Shown here: piece by piece, positions 59,916 to 64,000 of the stretch | Numbering within the stretch: position 1 is the stretch's first letter | How the letters are laid out: every line of letters begins with the position of its first letter | From: Octopus vulgaris | Taxonomy: Eukaryota | Length of the DNA stretch: 64,000 bases | Assembly: GCA_951406725.2 (NCBI GenBank) | Contig: OX597838.1 | Coordinates: 39,122,001 to 39,186,000 of the forward strand | Reading direction: 5' to 3' | Notes under the pieces: model-generated | The model's input: only the letters and a program-made list of their open reading frames with translations | The model's database searches: none | Told to the model about the DNA's origin: nothing | Made by a program: the position numbers and the translations under genes

Positions 59916-60686
59916 TTACTAGACAAGAACCTTATTCTATTGGGATTAGCTTCTGATATTAATACTGCGTTTCTGTTACTATATTGACTGTGAGAACTGC
60001 GGCCGCCTACTACATTATACTCCTCATTATCACTATTAATTAACGGACTAACCCCTGTGTATTCCCTATCACTGAGAACGCTGAAATTGCTAGTATCCGT
60101 GGACCTGCTATTGCCGGAAACGATGCTAAAGTTGCTATTAGGACTCTCTACATTAATGACCTGCGCTCACCTCCCTATTACCATTACCAACGCTATTAAC
60201 ATTTCTTCTATCGCTAATCCTATTATTTACTCCCTGGTTGGTACTGAGATTACCAGTCACTGTACTGGCTCTTTTATCATTATTACTACTATTATTATTC
60301 CTACTGCGCGTTAAACTGGAGTTAGACGGAGCTGCGCCTCCGGACAATGGTGGTAGGGTCTTAATAAGCAGCCTATTATTATGGGAGGCGATTATCTGGG
60401 AAAGGTTGTTTGTGTTGGAGAAAGCTATCCTAACTTTATGTGAATTAACCGTGGAGTAATATTTGGAATTTCTGGGGAAGTTACTGGCAATGGCTTGGCG
60501 AAACAGGAGGGGAAGATTAGTTCTAATCTGCTTACCAATGGGAATTACAAACCAGATATGTTTATTCCTATTTTTGTGATGGGTCGGGAAGCCAGCTCTG
60601 ACATTAGGGTGGGTGATTCTAGGTTGAATAAAAGGTTTTGGTTTCGTATGACCTCCCCGGACCGTAAATTATCTATGTTCCCTAAA

Positions 60687-62217
60687 TTAAATCCGGAAGT
60701 ACCTGCTCCAACACTCCCCGCACCCATCACTACTTAAATTATTTATGTTATTATAGACGGCCCTATCCTGATGACCGAATGGTGGCATCGGAAGGGCTGG
60801 ATCAATATATACTATCTTCTGCCTATAACCGGCTTTGGATAGTGCGGCGTTATAAAATTCCGCTTTCTGCATAAAAATGTCGACACTAGCGGACAAGTTA
60901 GACAATCTTAGAGAGATGTTTTTAACCAAATTGTCTGTTACAGTTTTGGCATGATTGGAGAAGACACTGACATACTTTAAATTAGTGGAAGGCTTATGGT
61001 AAGGGCAGTATGAATCGCTATGGAGGTTTAGTGTGACGTCTAGGAAATTAGCCTTAGTGAGTTCATTATCAAAAACTATATTCATGCCCATTCTATTAAA
61101 GAACCTAGCTAACCTACTTTTAGTTTTCTGTATGATTCTGTTCGTGGTGTTTTGCAGGTAAAACAGACAATCGTCACGATACAGGCCGCCCGCGATATCC
61201 GGGAATTGGTCGGATAATTCGTAGAGAATATAGATTCCGACCAAATCGGCTATCTGCGCGCTATCCGAACTACCCATAGGCACATCGAATTCGTTGGGAG
61301 TATCTTTACGAATCCACAACTTATTTTCAAACTTTATAAATGATTTTCTGGCAACTAAAATAATATCAATTTCTTCTCTAGTGAGGCCTGCCTTGTTGTG
61401 AGCATGCCACAGGGCCTTATTTAGTACACTAGGGTTAATCGAGGGGTAGAAGCTGGCGATATCAAACTGAATAAACCTAGTACGGTTCTTATTAGGGATG
61501 GAAGAGAACCACTTCACGACCTGCGAGGAGTTAGCCCAGAGGCTAAGCTTCAGCTTATTTACTAAACTAGGGATATATTTATCTAAAATATACTTACTGA
61601 TGGTCCCGATATCGGAACTAGCAGGGCATATGAGTCTTAACGCTGGGTTGGTGTAGAAATTCGGTTTGTGGTCCTTCACTATGAATTTAGGTTGTTTAGG
61701 GCTAAGCGGCTGCGTTCTCATTTGAATTCCGTATTTAAACATTATTTCCTTAATCTCCAAGTTTACTTTTCTCAGTGTGTTCCAATTAGTTGTTCTATAA
61801 TTCTTCTTGATCTCTTTTCCGAGTAAATCTAGGTACTGTCTAATGGGTAACTTATATGTGTTCCTTGTCTTGTCAGACTGGACCAAGATTCCATCCGACC
61901 TGTTAATATCCTTGGTAATTTTATCTAGGTATCTGAGGTGATCATTTCTCCTGGGTGACTTCCTGAACTTAATCTTCCTTACGATGTCCCACAAGTCGTC
62001 CTCAAAATTCTTCAGTCTTGGGTTAGGTGGCGGTGTATCCATCGACTTAAAAAGCCCACAATATTCGGACGATGCTGCTGCCCGGTTCAATTTTAGATCC
62101 TCGTTCTCGTGGAAGAAAACAAGCCATCTAATCCGGTTTATGAAAGCGTTAGTTTTGCAAACCAATTCCTTAAGGAAGGCATCCTTCGGTGGTATAGGAA
62201 TATCCTTAAGGGACGCA
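60687..62217 (-). pseudogene. PLE reverse transcriptase, near-complete, frameshifted downstream
   Basis: 'SLKDIPIP', 'SDKTRNTY', 'KDHKPNF', 'LRLICPASSDIG', 'QFDIASFYPSI', 'FDVPMGS', 'GLYRDD', 'NFLDVTLNL', 'PYHKP'. Confidence 0.92.
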
Positions 62218-62219
62218 TC

Positions 62220-62566
62220 AATCAGATGTCTACTCGTATGTCTACTCGTATGTCGGGGCCTCATCGTCAAAATTGGCCTTGAGAATATCGAACTATTTCG
62301 CAACTTTTCGCGACGTTAATAAATACCAAGCTACAGGACTTAGCAAACTTATCTGGCGTTTGAAGAACGCGAATTCAGTTTTTAGGCTGGAATGGTCGAT
62401 TTTGTCGGTGGCCCTCCCGTTTGATAGGGGCAGAAGGAGGTGTAATCTTTGTAACTCTGAGCTTTTCCACATATTGTTGGCCAGAGGCCGCTTGGTAAAC
62501 GGGCTTTTACAGACGGCTTTTCGATGTCCCCATTGGCGGCGTCATACTTATCTTACATATAAATGA
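62220..62566 (+). pseudogene. GIY-YIG endonuclease C-terminal part in the inverted pLTR
   Basis: 'YSYVGASSSKLALRISN...ATGLSKLIWRLK...WSIL...CNLCNSELFHIL...CPH'. Confidence 0.85.
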
Positions 62567-63189
62567 TACCTAAGACTATTAAAATGAAAATAATATTTGG
62601 AAATAATTTTTGAAAAAACTTTAAAAAAAATCTCTGAATAACTCTTGCAAGGGGAAATTACTCCCATTAGGCGATGGTCGGTTTTTTTTGGAAGCAAACG
62701 CTGGAATTATATATACCCTTATGATTCTTTGACGATGTTAATTTTTAGACAAGCAGGCCACAGACGAACACACGAACACAGAAATTTTTTCAGCCGCCTG
62801 ACAGGCTTTTTTCAGCAGAGCTCATTATCTAGCGCCCCTCGCCAACATACGGCCGCGCACACATAGGCCAGTATACACATACATGCTTTTAGGTAGGTTT
62901 TGTCTCGCCCCTAATAAATACACCCTGTATTCTTAAAATATTCAGAACATTAGTTTTGGTCACACAGAACATCTCCACACTCCTTGTTCTCATTAATTCC
63001 TCACCTACTAGATTTGACCGCGGCCCGACCTGTAATTATTCCAACGGACCTTTTGTCGACCCCCACCAACCCCCCGATTTCAACGTACATTGATAAACAG
63101 TTTGCCCATGGGCTCTTAAGGAGCGTCCTCGTTCGAATTGCTTTGCTGCGCCTCCGTTTTGTTTTGCTCTGACAACGTAATTCCTGGTT

Positions 63190-63272
63190 TTTCCTGAAGA
63201 GAAAGCTGCAATATGGTATCCTTATTTAATCAGAATTTGGAAAATTGTGGCCTTTGAAACATGTGTAGAATG
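63190..63272 (+). ncRNA. Type I hammerhead motif in PLE 2 pseudo-LTR
   Basis: TTC CTGAAGA GAAAGCTGCAAT...ATTGTGGCCTTT GAAA CATGTG TA GAA: stem I TTC/GAA, palindromic ACATGT, GUA triplet. Confidence 0.68.
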
Positions 63273-63324
63273 TAATAAAAGGAATTCTGTACAATCTTCG
63301 TTCAACTCCATTTCTTCCATTCAC

Positions 63325-63370
<46 letters not shown>

Positions 63371-63621
63371 CTACTTGGAAGAAGACGCGTGGCGTTCAAT
63401 CATATAATAACAATTTAATAAATAAAACATATGCATACATACATACATCTATATGTATCTATACATGCATCAACGTTTTTTTTGTGGTGTCCTGTACCCA
63501 TATATGCACGTATATATACATATAGATGTATGTAGGTACATATATGTATGTATGTATGCATATGTTTTATTTATTAAATTGTTATTATATATATATACAC
63601 GATTTATGTGTGTGTGTGTGT

Positions 63622-63845
63622 GTGTGTCAAAGTGTCTGTGTTTGTCCCACACCTTCGCTTGACAACTGGTGCTGGTATGCCCTCTCCTCTGTAACTTAGT
63701 GATTCGACAAAAGCTTCCGATAGAATAAGCACCAGGTTTGAAAAAAGAACTAGGTACCAGGATCGATTCGTTCGACTAAAAATTCTTCAAGGAAGTGTCC
63801 CAGCATGGTCGCAGTCTAATGACTGAAGCAAGTGAAAAATAAAAG
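63622..63845 (+). mobile_element. SINE family A 3' half (diverged)
   Basis: Family A body and tail. Confidence 0.7.
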
Positions 63846-64000
63846 ACGAACCCCACCAGAGCTGTTCTCACTTAAACAAGAGGCTTATCACTTTGGTAGA
63901 GAGCAGTTTCAATTCTGCAAAAGAAGAAAGCATAAATGTCGCAGGTATGTGTAGCTGCCATGTTGTGAAAGAGTATTTATGTTAGCATATGTAATGGGTT

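Larger units (their letters stand above)
59417..63330 (-). mobile_element. Penelope-like element 2 with ~1.1-kb inverted pseudo-LTR
   Basis: Main copy runs 62217 to 59417 (-). The inverted 3' copy is 62218-63330 (+); 59417-59800 is the reverse complement of 62625-63003. Confidence 0.9.

Noticed and set aside
62218-62303. N-terminus 'MRNSSIFSRPILTMRPRHTSRH' of the 538-aa ORF
   Set aside because: It is the antisense reading of the GIY-YIG segment in the inverted pLTR; RT-type sequence begins near 62217.

Overview
Repeat-saturated eukaryotic DNA, most likely from an octopus or other cephalopod. This is inferred from the SINE families and the extreme (TA)n/(GATA)n/(CATA)n density. Nearly all ORFs in the track are microsatellite translations or chance readings through SINEs, and no intact host gene could be identified; only weak minus-strand exon candidates were seen. 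Real coding remnants are all from transposons: a 5'-truncated L1/Tx1-type LINE inside (GATA)n (3.9-5.4 kb), two decayed mariners, a CR1/L2-type LINE 3' end, and two Penelope-like elements (PLEs; RT + GIY-YIG) at 55.5-58.3 kb and 59.4-63.3 kb, each with an inverted pseudo-LTR. Three SINE families, hAT MITEs and non-autonomous Helitrons fill much of the rest. The most notable signal is a set of mutually dissimilar, non-coding 0.15-0.9 kb inserts lying in or beside TA-rich microsatellites. Each carries a type I (often minimal) hammerhead ribozyme motif, and several share a PLE-like layout of direct repeat, ~0.5 kb monomer and inverted partial copy. They are candidate non-autonomous PLE-mobilised retrozyme families. 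Two SINE families share 3' tails with LINEs in the same window, and there is a ~1.7 kb near-perfect fold-back palindrome. All alignments and folds were done by eye, so boundaries are approximate.
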